IMG/VR virus record: IMGVR_UViG_3300030673_000004
Coordinates: 311,538-375,537 of that record
Strand: one strand, 5' to 3'
DNA length: 64,000 bases
The notes under the pieces: model-generated
Told to the model about the DNA's origin: nothing
What the model saw: only the letters and a program-made list of their open reading frames with translations
Databases searched by the model: none
Position numbers and translations under genes: made by a program
Shown: one piece after another, positions 50,901 through 59,200 of the stretch
Layout: the number at the start of each line of letters is the position of its first letter
Numbering within the stretch: position 1 is the stretch's first letter

Positions 50901-53527
50901 TCTGGACATCAACCTTGTCTGAATTTCCGCAAGAGCTAAATCAGCTTCTTGAGGGGGGTACACTCCTGGGTGGTACTGATAGTGACAGCGATCTTGAAGT
51001 AAATAGCGACATAATAAATCTCAATGATGCGGAAACAGAAGAACAAGAAAGCAACGCTCTTACAGCATTAGAGCAGGCCCAACATGTTGCTGCGGATCAA
51101 ATCAGGACAGTGCGCAATAGTAAAGTAGCCGGTAGAATGATGGCACTTCGGGCGCTCATATCAGCACCTGAGAAGTTTCCCATGTTTACAGCTATTGCTG
51201 ATAAGATGCGTAACGTTGTTGACTTTAATATCGCTGACCTAAAAAAGGGTCCTAAAGATAGCACTGTTCTCAAAATCATTGAAGAGCACTTCAGAGCTAC
51301 AGGCGGTACTTATGTAAAACCATCGGAACAAGTAGGCCCGGAAGAAGACAAAGTTGGCAAAATAATCATTTTCTCAGACAGAGCACTGATCGCACGACAC
51401 TTTGAAAATCTGCTCAGAGAACATTATGGCAACGGTGTCTGCTATTATGATAGCGCTCATAGACAGTACCTAGATGACTTCTCAGATCCAGACAAAGAAG
51501 AACCCTTTATCCTTTGTGCTGTAGAGAACTCAATCAAAGAAGGCGTCAATCTCCAGTCTGCCAGCAGAATCATCCGCCTGACAGTGCCTTGGACTACCGG
51601 CGACTACGATCAATCGTGCGCCCGTGCTTTCCGAACAGGCCAGAAGAAGCGTGTTGATATTGATAATGTTATCTGTGAAATGAGCTTTGAGCCTGCTATG
51701 CTAGCTCGCCTTATCACACGAGAGAATACAAATAAAAAAGTATCATCAAACTACAATAATTCGTTTGACATACCTGAAATAACAGTCAACCTCAAAACAG
51801 CAAGTCCCGAGGGTGAAGAATCTATCATGTCCAAGCGGGATCTGGAAAACTTCCATGGATCCGCAGCCAGTGACAGAATCAACCTACTGAACATACATGA
51901 TAGCATATACACCTACGAGAAACAAGAATCGCGCTTGTGGAAAGTGGCTTATCTTACCAAGTTGACAGACAATGAAGAGCTTGCGCACAGCCAACCAGAT
52001 AAGTACATAACAAGAGAAACGGATAGAACAAATCTTGTGTATAAAACCATAGGTGTTAGAGCAGTACCTGAGGGTACTACTGCTGATAGACTACCTGTGA
52101 ATGTACCAGCTATCGCTAACATGCATATTCTAGGTGTACCCCTTAAAGTTATCACAAGAGGTACACAGTTACGTGCTGTCCTATACACGCCAGACCCAAA
52201 TAAACCAGGACAACTGGCACTAAGCACTACTCCAATGTACCAGCTAGATGAGTCTAATGATAGACTAGCTGAAGGATCCGTTGCAGACAGCACAAAATCA
52301 TATGAACCTTGGCCTACTACAGGCATACGTCCGGATGAGATGGCTAAAACATCGGACATTGAAACAGAGGATGACGAGAGCACAGAGGATCTCTTAACAC
52401 CAGAAGAGAAGATGGAGAAGCGTATCGGTACAGCTATTGATGAAGCAGCAGATCTAAATCTAGATCCAAGATTCACCAAGAGCCTAAAAGATTCCCCCAA
52501 TGCAAAAGCCATCAAAACAAACCTGGTAAAAGTTGTTAAGAAAGCAGCACTCAACGGAGAATCTAATCCCCTCTTCCATAAATCCAAAGCCATGGGACAT
52601 CTATTCCAAGCAGCCACCGGCTTGAATTTAGATCAAAAGAGACCTGCCAACATTGTAGATGCTCAAATAAAACAAGCATCTCGGTTCGTTCGTCATAACA
52701 TGGCCATGGAGCATGCTGAGTATAGCATTAAGCATCCAGAAGTAGCTGAAGGTAGACCACCGAAGTCACCAGCTATCACAGAAGTACCCAGTTCGCCGGA
52801 TGCGGCGGATAGACAATCCCTGCGTGTTGCTCTAGGAATGAGTACACAGCAAAATACTGAAGTAGCTGTGCTTGCCGTTGACTTTGGCGTAAGTAATCCC
52901 CTAGCTAATGACTTCTATAAAGTAGCGCAAACAGGGCGCTTCGGACGTTGGTCCTTGATGAACCGTACAATCTACAGACAAATAAAGTCTACCCAGGACT
53001 TAGCTAATCTGCAAGAGAGTATGGAGGATCGTGGGATGAAGTTCAACTTTGATGATGCCGCCCGCAATCGTAATACTTTACAACAACTACTGAACACATT
53101 ACCATTTGAAGAAGCAGACGACGATGCGGTTGGACTACTAAATAGCCATGCATATGCGTCTGTTGATGATGACGATACAGACAATGAAGAAGAAAACATA
53201 GAAAGTATTAATGACTGGGCGTACATGGCTTTGGATCGCAAAGTCATACTGTATGTCATGGATACCCCTGCAACAGCACAGTTCATTAGACCCTTACTTG
53301 GGTTAGGCTTCAAGCGTGCTGCCCGGCTACTTCTGCATTTCACAAGTAAAACAGACCTACCACGGGTCATACGTAAGATAGAAGAATCCGGATTTGATCT
53401 TCGTAGTAGAGATGCCTTGAATGCACGAGCCATGAGAATACTAAAAACAAGACTAGAAGATCCATACCACAGCGAACTTCCTGAAGAGCAGATAGCAGAG
53501 ACAGGAGACGAAGCAACCTCTGAGTAG
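47912..53527 (+). CDS. Very large SNF2/SWI2-family SF2 helicase-like ATPase
   Basis: LKPHQ (Q motif), DMGGGKS (I), FLDECHKIK (II), MTGTFISRTPFDIFNQVKFIDP (III), KIIIFS (IV), EGVNLQSASRII...PW...QSCARAFRTGQKK (V/VI). Confidence 0.9.
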   Translation: MPRTSKFDKYTQGRLRILQNADLDEREALQRTVDLVNARYNKAILLARGMAERQESAFRGQAELHGGIVAQLAAHTSMMPPSNLEGTSWVSRGKGQGAAPSHPSRANEAAQEAAETPPSTPAEATSALTPIVATEIATDPISLSDDTDDSYTSPQPERRRKGFTATEMHAVHDATTEPGTAGMSSELLASTPLNNILGDPGEKFVALGFQAGRAPYFGGYGPGTGDQLGFYIGNQFTDGNSTVTGITEEDRQALKFVIRKIVGAGCIRIDGLTQHLLPNNIVQQARDLEADRTVTWVLPLSIYGTVHDGAGYAAGIYVGCYTKLIGTQQTHTFETQWIIGFWGAVGMSAQEIDVASMKQFDLSSDSILTAIGYSCLRNLINHQNPTIELRELSLRTGIHDASHPNEMIKTPTGNFIVVKSTDRRNEFPGYATTGVLPDDLKDVPQPTRTNMRGRIVFVDWSRKMIHYYTESGKLHVKLFGTGTEVSNYDYEQLYQHPVRLFKSDIEAAIQLVSDLRRLGKPVPPEARTAFLNHPWDEHLDGFTSAIHGGGLTPRTQYDELAAELAPLAEDPVLCLTLENLVASYKGDQTLYNLAQSYYDVVSFDMAHALVNGYSFTGTNSDTASFDDVADPRSNEQRMRTPLLGVLLHLVNKPSLPTMEQVQQRFKEEHERMQNPDMNFIIHGIGKYLNQAGIAEIYKLKPHQVRVLGMLLPLDKGIIDVDMGGGKSIIAILKIISMIEKLKAEGKRPRPVVVVPNALVPTFYREIKKFTRTDPSDASSATTLNVVTLQNSSTLKRMNRDAMIAAAQHAPDNTIFIASYSWLAGDRTSIHTGEYITGARGKKEPRVEYRFNRVEDLLDRIGINIVFLDECHKIKANGRMNGDFIHKAAMALSRAPHRFEMTGTFISRTPFDIFNQVKFIDPTILGSLQQFKDEFTENDGRTWDSDSLKRLRSHLINRGIITVRREEWLYLMPEKREHFHFVDFQREAPIVYKLYTSLWTSTLSEFPQELNQLLEGGTLLGGTDSDSDLEVNSDIINLNDAETEEQESNALTALEQAQHVAADQIRTVRNSKVAGRMMALRALISAPEKFPMFTAIADKMRNVVDFNIADLKKGPKDSTVLKIIEEHFRATGGTYVKPSEQVGPEEDKVGKIIIFSDRALIARHFENLLREHYGNGVCYYDSAHRQYLDDFSDPDKEEPFILCAVENSIKEGVNLQSASRIIRLTVPWTTGDYDQSCARAFRTGQKKRVDIDNVICEMSFEPAMLARLITRENTNKKVSSNYNNSFDIPEITVNLKTASPEGEESIMSKRDLENFHGSAASDRINLLNIHDSIYTYEKQESRLWKVAYLTKLTDNEELAHSQPDKYITRETDRTNLVYKTIGVRAVPEGTTADRLPVNVPAIANMHILGVPLKVITRGTQLRAVLYTPDPNKPGQLALSTTPMYQLDESNDRLAEGSVADSTKSYEPWPTTGIRPDEMAKTSDIETEDDESTEDLLTPEEKMEKRIGTAIDEAADLNLDPRFTKSLKDSPNAKAIKTNLVKVVKKAALNGESNPLFHKSKAMGHLFQAATGLNLDQKRPANIVDAQIKQASRFVRHNMAMEHAEYSIKHPEVAEGRPPKSPAITEVPSSPDAADRQSLRVALGMSTQQNTEVAVLAVDFGVSNPLANDFYKVAQTGRFGRWSLMNRTIYRQIKSTQDLANLQESMEDRGMKFNFDDAARNRNTLQQLLNTLPFEEADDDAVGLLNSHAYASVDDDDTDNEEENIESINDWAYMALDRKVILYVMDTPATAQFIRPLLGLGFKRAARLLLHFTSKTDLPRVIRKIEESGFDLRSRDALNARAMRILKTRLEDPYHSELPEEQIAETGDEATSE

Positions 53528-53542
53528 CATAGGAGGTTCTTC

Positions 53543-53977
53543 TTGAAGCCTGTCGGTATAACTGCCAAGATCATTCCAGATAAACGCACCAACCGATTCG
53601 CCCAAGAAATCTTTAATAAACAAATAGAACTAACTCCTATCCATGTTTCGTCTATTAGACAGAACGATCTTTTGGAATTAGCAGTAGATCATTGGTTAGA
53701 TTATAGAGCTACTTTACCAAAAGAACATCGAGAGCAGTGGAGTATTCAATCTGAATTTCAACAAAGAATACAGGTTAATTACTTACGCCACTGTAAGTCT
53801 AATTATGACAAGCTACGATATACTTTTGCAAATAAGCAATTACGTAAAGTAACTGTCAGAACATTACATAGGATACTTAAAGAAACTGTATTAAAGAAAA
53901 TTGAACAGCAGTACCCGGAACTACGTGAAGAAGTTCATAGACAGCTTGTAGAAAATAAGAAAAAGAATAAACGATAA
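53543..53977 (+). CDS. Hypothetical basic protein (possibly DUF2293-like)
   Basis: VNYLRHCKSNYDKL resembles the H/N-x-RH-x-x-(T/S)-x-YD motif; AGGAGG RBS before TTG. Confidence 0.55.
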   Translation: MKPVGITAKIIPDKRTNRFAQEIFNKQIELTPIHVSSIRQNDLLELAVDHWLDYRATLPKEHREQWSIQSEFQQRIQVNYLRHCKSNYDKLRYTFANKQLRKVTVRTLHRILKETVLKKIEQQYPELREEVHRQLVENKKKNKR

Positions 53978-54051
53978 GCACAACTTCTCTATGGCGAAAG
54001 CCTTTACTTAACCGTACTTAACGACTTCACAGCAAAATCAAGGACTTAACC

Positions 54052-54891
54052 ATGGCTACTCGTAAGAAAACCGCAGCTACTACTGTTGCCGTAGATACTG
54101 AAACATCAGTTATCGCAGCAGAACCTAAAGTAAGAAAAGCAGCACCGCGTGCTCGCGTATCTCGTGCCGAGAAGAAGCGTGCTGAATTCAGTGACAAGAT
54201 CGAAGCTCGCAATCTCGCTATTGACTTCTTAGAACAGAATCCATCAAGCTTGTCTTTTGACTTCCTTGTCGAGAATCAACTTCCGATGTATGTCAAGAAC
54301 AATCTGAAGGTACCGGGCAAGATTGTATTCACTATTAAGAACAGCGATGGCAAGTATGTCAAGCTTGAAATTGCAAACTGTTCTATTCCACAGCGTTTGG
54401 ATGACTTACTCACCTGGGGTGCTTTGGCTAACGCCCACTCGCTGAAGGACTCCCTACGTCAAGGTATCATCCTACTGTGTTCGCCTAAGGATGCAGAGCG
54501 TGAACTTCAGTCCGACTACGCAAAGCGCAAGACGGCAGAACTTAATCGTTCTAAGTTTGCCAACTTAGGTGGTAGCTTTAACAGCATGATGGAGACAAAC
54601 ATATCAGGTGCTCAAGGCATTGATGATGCTCTGTCCACATATGCCATCAAGAAGATGGATGTTACTGCCGTTAATGCAAGCACAGCTACAAATAAGATGG
54701 AAGCTATTGTCAATCGCTTCTTGGATGGATCCCATACTGAAGAAGATACCATCACGGAAGTCTTGGATAATTCGCGTATCTTTGCCCCCTCGGACTGGCA
54801 TCTCCTAATCAGCAAGGTTCAGGGCAAGTCTCAGAGCTTGGTGAACTTGGCGAAACAGCAACTCACTGTTGCCAGCAGCATCAACAGCTAA
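54052..54891 (+). CDS. Hypothetical, probably highly expressed protein
   Basis: 279 aa, AAGGA RBS, basic N-terminal arm, AAG/CGT/GCT codon bias. Confidence 0.75.
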   Translation: MATRKKTAATTVAVDTETSVIAAEPKVRKAAPRARVSRAEKKRAEFSDKIEARNLAIDFLEQNPSSLSFDFLVENQLPMYVKNNLKVPGKIVFTIKNSDGKYVKLEIANCSIPQRLDDLLTWGALANAHSLKDSLRQGIILLCSPKDAERELQSDYAKRKTAELNRSKFANLGGSFNSMMETNISGAQGIDDALSTYAIKKMDVTAVNASTATNKMEAIVNRFLDGSHTEEDTITEVLDNSRIFAPSDWHLLISKVQGKSQSLVNLAKQQLTVASSINS

Positions 54892-54923
54892 GATAACCAG
54901 ACTTAACTTAACTAAACACGACT

Positions 54924-54959
54924 AGTGGCAAGAGTACCCCGCTCTTGCCACTTCTTTTT
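54924..54959 (+). terminator. Intrinsic terminator
   Basis: AGTGGCAAGAG/CTCTTGCCACT stem followed by TCTTTTT. Confidence 0.75.
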
Positions 54960-54968
54960 AGGTAAACT

Positions 54969-55940
54969 ATGGGACTACTAAACTACAACACATACTTTGA
55001 TGATACATCATTATCAAACAGCACAGCAGTCCTAGGCGAACGCTATGATGGCTGGGTCATCACGTGTGAATTATGGGAATCCTTAGGCATTGGCATCGTA
55101 TTACCGATTAACCCAGAACACTTGAATATCAATATACCTATCCGAGGCCACGCATATGAAGCAGCTTTTGGAAAAGCTATAGCTTACAGTTTGAATAAAC
55201 GACGTAATACATATTATGATCCGTTTAACTTACAACTAACATTCAATACCGGATACATTATACCTAAATGGTCTACTTCAGCAGTAGCTGTTCAAGAAAC
55301 AGCGTCATCCTCGTCCACGCTAAATAAAGATGGCACGATAACACAAACTAAAAGTCAATCTGTTTGGGAAGCTACAGCAAACAAAAGAGTAGTACCCCAG
55401 AGTTCAGCACAAAACGTTACCAATAGTGCTTATGCTGCAAGTCGCCAAAACGATATAATGACATATTTCACAGGCATAAACTCTAAGACACGGGTGACGC
55501 CTAAAGATCTAGGTGTGCCCTTAGATTTGTATGATACGTATGTTCCGATTGGAACTCAGAATCTCTATGCTTTAATGTCTCTGCTAGATGGAGCTAAAAC
55601 GTGGCGACCTAATTTGGATTATACTGAAGAATTCGCTATGGCAGCACCAAACAGGATTAAAGTATATGCTAATAGCTTAGTGTTTCCAGCCATGACTTTC
55701 TACTGCCAAGCACAGGAACAAGGTATAAGCTGGGCAGAATCCGCTGAGACGCCAACATGTTTTGATGTAACTCTAAATCTACTCTGCACCCTAACTGATC
55801 CTCAAATCGGACGAGGTCAATTAGACTCACTGATCAGTCAGTATAAAAAGAACTTTACAATTGGTACTCTTGCTAGGTTCTCAGCTAAGAACAAGACAAG
55901 TACCGGAAGTGGAACAATAGCTGATGGCACAGAGTTCTAG
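54969..55940 (+). CDS. Putative tail tube-initiator / baseplate hub-type protein, paralogue 1
   Basis: IVLPINPE..NINIP motif typical of contractile-system tube-initiator N-termini; paralogous to the next gene. Confidence 0.45.
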   Translation: MGLLNYNTYFDDTSLSNSTAVLGERYDGWVITCELWESLGIGIVLPINPEHLNINIPIRGHAYEAAFGKAIAYSLNKRRNTYYDPFNLQLTFNTGYIIPKWSTSAVAVQETASSSSTLNKDGTITQTKSQSVWEATANKRVVPQSSAQNVTNSAYAASRQNDIMTYFTGINSKTRVTPKDLGVPLDLYDTYVPIGTQNLYALMSLLDGAKTWRPNLDYTEEFAMAAPNRIKVYANSLVFPAMTFYCQAQEQGISWAESAETPTCFDVTLNLLCTLTDPQIGRGQLDSLISQYKKNFTIGTLARFSAKNKTSTGSGTIADGTEF

Positions 55941-57471
55941 TACAAATTCAGATAAAATTGATGTAGCACAATCAATAACAAGCTCAAACAACTTTGAAAC
56001 TAGATATAATCCTTGGGTTATAACATGCTCCCGCTGGCATGACCTAGGTTTCTATATTGTATTACCCATCAACCCCGCAGATATATCATGGAATATACCG
56101 TTAAAGATCGCCACAGAACAAACAAAGCATACAACCGTATCGTATATATGGCGTAACAACTATATAAATGTATCAAGCGATGGTAGTATGCTCTCAGAAG
56201 AATCACTGCTACAAGACTTTAATATAACTCTAGCGTTTAACTCCGCAGATATCGCACCAAGAGTCACAGCAGACACGATTAAAGGATGGAAAAACGGAAC
56301 AGACCCGAATGCAGCTAATAACTATGTAATTGACCCAGACAGCAAAGCAAGTGATCTTATTACATTTAATAAGTATGGTGCTATGGACAATCCTGTTGCA
56401 GCACTGCAAGCTAATCATTGGGATTCTCTTGGGTACGCATCAGACTATGATCTAACAGCGCCCTTGGGCATTCAGAATTTCTATAGGTTTCTATCACTAT
56501 TAGATGAACCTAAAACATATGTAGCTAGGAATGACAACCCAAAAACATATCAAAATGCAATACCTACAAGAACTAACAGAATAACACTTGTAGCTAATAC
56601 ACCAGCATTTCCAACACTATTACTCTATGGTAGTATTGAGCCCTCGGGTGTATCATGGGAAGAAAGTGTTGAGCATCCAAACTCCTTTGATGTAACCTTC
56701 ACAATGGTTGTCACAGAAGTAGCACCTCGCATGGGTGTACGCAAATTCTCAGATATGCTAGCATCCTACAAGACAGCAGCTAATACAACATGGGATACAC
56801 GTAATCAGTTAGAACAAGCTTATTACAACGGCCTAATCAAAGTCAGCCTCACAGCAGTTACAGATGACACAACAGGAAAGACAACAGATTTGTCTACACC
56901 GTCAGCTACAGCAGGTAATGGGGCTACAGGAACAGCCGTAGCACAAACAGAAGCTGACCAAGCCACAGCAGAGGCAGCCAGTGCTGACGGTACAGAAGAC
57001 GCAGCCACAGAAACAACGGAGCCAGATCTCACAAAATTCGACACATCGGGCATGACAGCAGCAGAATTAGCAGATTTGAAGAACGCAGTAGCTACAGGAG
57101 CTACTCCAACAACAGAAGCAGCACAAACAGCAATGGCTGAAGAAAATATAGCAGTAGCTAAAACAGCAACAGCAGATGCCCTAGGGACTGATCTACTAAC
57201 TACAGATACCGCCTATACTAAAGCGCAGCAAGCTAAAAACAATAGCTACACTACGGCACAACTCATGCAAATTGCATCCTACGCAACTGTATCAGGAACT
57301 GCTCTTCAAAACCAAGTAGCTCTTGCACTCGCTGAAAACCCGAATTTAACCAATAGCCAAAAAATATCAGCTATATCAAATATTAGAAACACCATAAAAT
57401 CGAGTAATACAACACAAACAGCATCAGCTAAGATCCCCGGTGCTACTCGTAAAGGATCTAAATCATCATAG
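55924..57471 (+). CDS. Putative tail tube-initiator / baseplate hub-type protein, paralogue 2, with Ala/Thr-rich tail
   Basis: WVITC..W..LG..IVLPINP, LG.QN.Y...SLLD, NRI...AN...FP, G.SW.ES.E.P..FDVT shared with the upstream gene. Confidence 0.45.
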   Translation: MAQSSSTNSDKIDVAQSITSSNNFETRYNPWVITCSRWHDLGFYIVLPINPADISWNIPLKIATEQTKHTTVSYIWRNNYINVSSDGSMLSEESLLQDFNITLAFNSADIAPRVTADTIKGWKNGTDPNAANNYVIDPDSKASDLITFNKYGAMDNPVAALQANHWDSLGYASDYDLTAPLGIQNFYRFLSLLDEPKTYVARNDNPKTYQNAIPTRTNRITLVANTPAFPTLLLYGSIEPSGVSWEESVEHPNSFDVTFTMVVTEVAPRMGVRKFSDMLASYKTAANTTWDTRNQLEQAYYNGLIKVSLTAVTDDTTGKTTDLSTPSATAGNGATGTAVAQTEADQATAEAASADGTEDAATETTEPDLTKFDTSGMTAAELADLKNAVATGATPTTEAAQTAMAEENIAVAKTATADALGTDLLTTDTAYTKAQQAKNNSYTTAQLMQIASYATVSGTALQNQVALALAENPNLTNSQKISAISNIRNTIKSSNTTQTASAKIPGATRKGSKSS

Positions 57472-57547
57472 TGGGCCAGGTGGGGGTCGAACCCACATGT
57501 TACCATTACCATTTCAGCGACGTATAAGATCGAGTGGATACTGGCCT
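57472..57547 (-). tRNA. Degenerate D-arm-less tRNA-like element, anticodon loop CU-UAU-AC
   Basis: Perfect T-arm GTGGG-TTCGACC-CCCAC, acceptor AGGCCAG/CTGGCCC (6 of 7 bp) plus A73, anticodon stem CGAT/GTCG, only ~5 nt where the D-arm should be, long variable region, no encoded CCA. Confidence 0.55.
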
Positions 57548-57554
57548 ACTCAGG

Positions 57555-57583
57555 AATTTACACGAATATCGACGCAGATTCAA
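57555..57583 (-). promoter_or_regulatory. sigma70-like promoter for the tRNA-like element
   Basis: TTGAAT (57583-57578), 17 bp, TAAATT (57560-57555), 7 nt upstream of the predicted 5' end. Confidence 0.55.
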
Positions 57584-57597
57584 GGTAAATTTCTTCT

Positions 57598-58650
57598 ATG
57601 CCTGAAGATCCTCTAGACCAAGTCTTTGACCAGCTACGAGCACAGAGTCAAAAGACTAAATACGTAAAGAGCTACTCGGAAAACGATGTACACGATATGC
57701 TCATGCTGCTACACCAGCATGGACTTACACACGAGTTCCGCACAGATGTTCAAGAAATCCGGTGCCCCTGCCCTTTCCACAAAAACCACGGCAGTCCTAC
57801 TTTATGGATTAACTTTGGGACAGCGGAAGATCTACCATTCGGTGCGTTCAAATGCTTCAGTTGTGGTCAGTCCGGATTATGGAGTAAACTAGAACGTAAG
57901 ATCACGGGCCAGAACTCCATAGGCACAACAAGTGTCTATGATGAAGCCGAGATGCTACCCAGCATCCAACTACACAAAACTAAAGACATCTATAGACCAC
58001 CACCAATCCTATTTGACCTAGAGGATGGTTTTGTATGGGAACACCCAGATGGAGATTTCTCGGGAGAGTTCTTATCAGGATTAGGATCAAAATTAGCTAT
58101 GCGCACATGGGTTGAGCGATCCGTCCGACAACAGTTCTCAGAGCTCCGTCTATGGCTCCCTGTGTTTGATGGTGAGATGCTAGAGGGAGACATCATGGCA
58201 GCCTTAGAGAGGCCCGCAGAAGATGCAGAGGAGTTCATTAAAAAGGGATTCAAAAAGTATATAAATTCAGCGTCCCTAGAGGCCAAAGATACTTTGTGGC
58301 CTATGAGGGAAGTAGTTCGGCGCTTCGGAACTAGTTATGTTGTTCTCGTAGAGGGTCCAGCAGACGCTTTACGTTTGATATTAAATGGAGTTCCTGCCCT
58401 AGCATGTTTAGGCACAGGCACGTGGTCTAAGTCAAAAGCGGAGCGCGTCTACTACGTCTTCGATAAAATCATAACATGTTTTGATGGTGATGACGCAGGA
58501 CGAACTCTAACAAAAACAGTGATTCAATCTCTATATAGTAGATTAGAAGAAAAGCTAATTCCAGTGTGGCTCCCTGATTCATTTGATCCAGGTAAATTCA
58601 CATCGCAAGACTGCTCTTGGTTAGCTAAAAAAGCACAATTAACGACTTAA
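57598..58650 (+). CDS. DnaG-like DNA primase (zinc finger plus TOPRIM)
   Basis: CPCPFH...FKCFSCG zinc-binding domain; VLVEGPADAL, LACLG, CFDGDDAG TOPRIM motifs. Confidence 0.9.
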   Translation: MPEDPLDQVFDQLRAQSQKTKYVKSYSENDVHDMLMLLHQHGLTHEFRTDVQEIRCPCPFHKNHGSPTLWINFGTAEDLPFGAFKCFSCGQSGLWSKLERKITGQNSIGTTSVYDEAEMLPSIQLHKTKDIYRPPPILFDLEDGFVWEHPDGDFSGEFLSGLGSKLAMRTWVERSVRQQFSELRLWLPVFDGEMLEGDIMAALERPAEDAEEFIKKGFKKYINSASLEAKDTLWPMREVVRRFGTSYVVLVEGPADALRLILNGVPALACLGTGTWSKSKAERVYYVFDKIITCFDGDDAGRTLTKTVIQSLYSRLEEKLIPVWLPDSFDPGKFTSQDCSWLAKKAQLTT

Positions 58651-58661
58651 AGGATAGAATC

Positions 58662-58823
58662 ATGGATCAGTTTAATGAAGTAGTAGGACAACCACTTGAC
58701 TCTAAAGTTGTGATTGATCCTGAAGATATTGCCCGAAGACTACGCCAGGGTGCCCTTGAGAACGAAGCAACGGCATCAACCATCATCTATGGTGATCCTG
58801 CTGAAGAAGAGAAAGCTATCTAG
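58662..58823 (+). CDS. Small acidic hypothetical protein (53 aa, absent from the ORF track)
   Basis: AAGGA-N7-ATG; reads MDQFNEVVGQPLDSKVVIDPEDIARRLRQGALENEATASTIIYGDPAEEEKAI*, filling the gap between primase and holin. Confidence 0.6.
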   Translation: MDQFNEVVGQPLDSKVVIDPEDIARRLRQGALENEATASTIIYGDPAEEEKAI

Positions 58824-58838
58824 TCTAAGGAATTGAGC

Positions 58839-59060
58839 ATGAATGCTATAAAACAAATGCTCACAGATCCGGACAACATAACCCATAATGTCCTCAAACA
58901 TGGTGTGTTCTGGGGATTTATTGCTATTATTGGTATGCAAGTCTATTCTATCACACAAGGACAAGCATTTAACCCAATTTCTTTTGGGGTAGCTATTGGT
59001 GCCATTCTTGGTGGTGGTGGCTTAGGCATAGGTGCAGAGGCTAAAGGTATTCAAAAATAA
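58839..59060 (+). CDS. Holin-like small membrane protein
   Basis: LTDPDNITHN then two hydrophobic helices and FNPISFGVAIGAILGGGG, a pattern common in phage holin-like proteins. Confidence 0.55.
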   Translation: MNAIKQMLTDPDNITHNVLKHGVFWGFIAIIGMQVYSITQGQAFNPISFGVAIGAILGGGGLGIGAEAKGIQK

Positions 59061-59134
59061 AAAGCTGCTCAAACAAAGCATCTGTGGTCGAAATAAACAA
59101 AAACCACGTCAGCGCAAGAGAGTTTGAGCAGCTT
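59053..59134 (-). terminator. Large hairpin with U-tract ending the - strand early block
   Basis: 13-bp stem AAGCTGCTCAAAC/GTTTGAGCAGCTT with an inner GTGGT/ACCAC stem; U-rich tail on the - strand; lies between convergent genes. Confidence 0.6.
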
Positions 59135-59200
59135 GCATAGGCATAGATCCAGCAGGTAGCGTTCCCCAATGGTACCTGCATCTAATGGGATCCATGTATG

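Noticed and set aside
50900-51100. Intein in the SNF2 helicase linker
   Set aside because: The insert is a short acidic linker with no C/S start, HN end or LAGLIDADG motif.
409-57512. Numerous 60-220 aa antisense or alternate-frame ORFs inside long genes (e.g. 51949-52617, 52972-53592)
   Set aside because: Fully nested in well-supported genes, with composition typical of antisense shadows.
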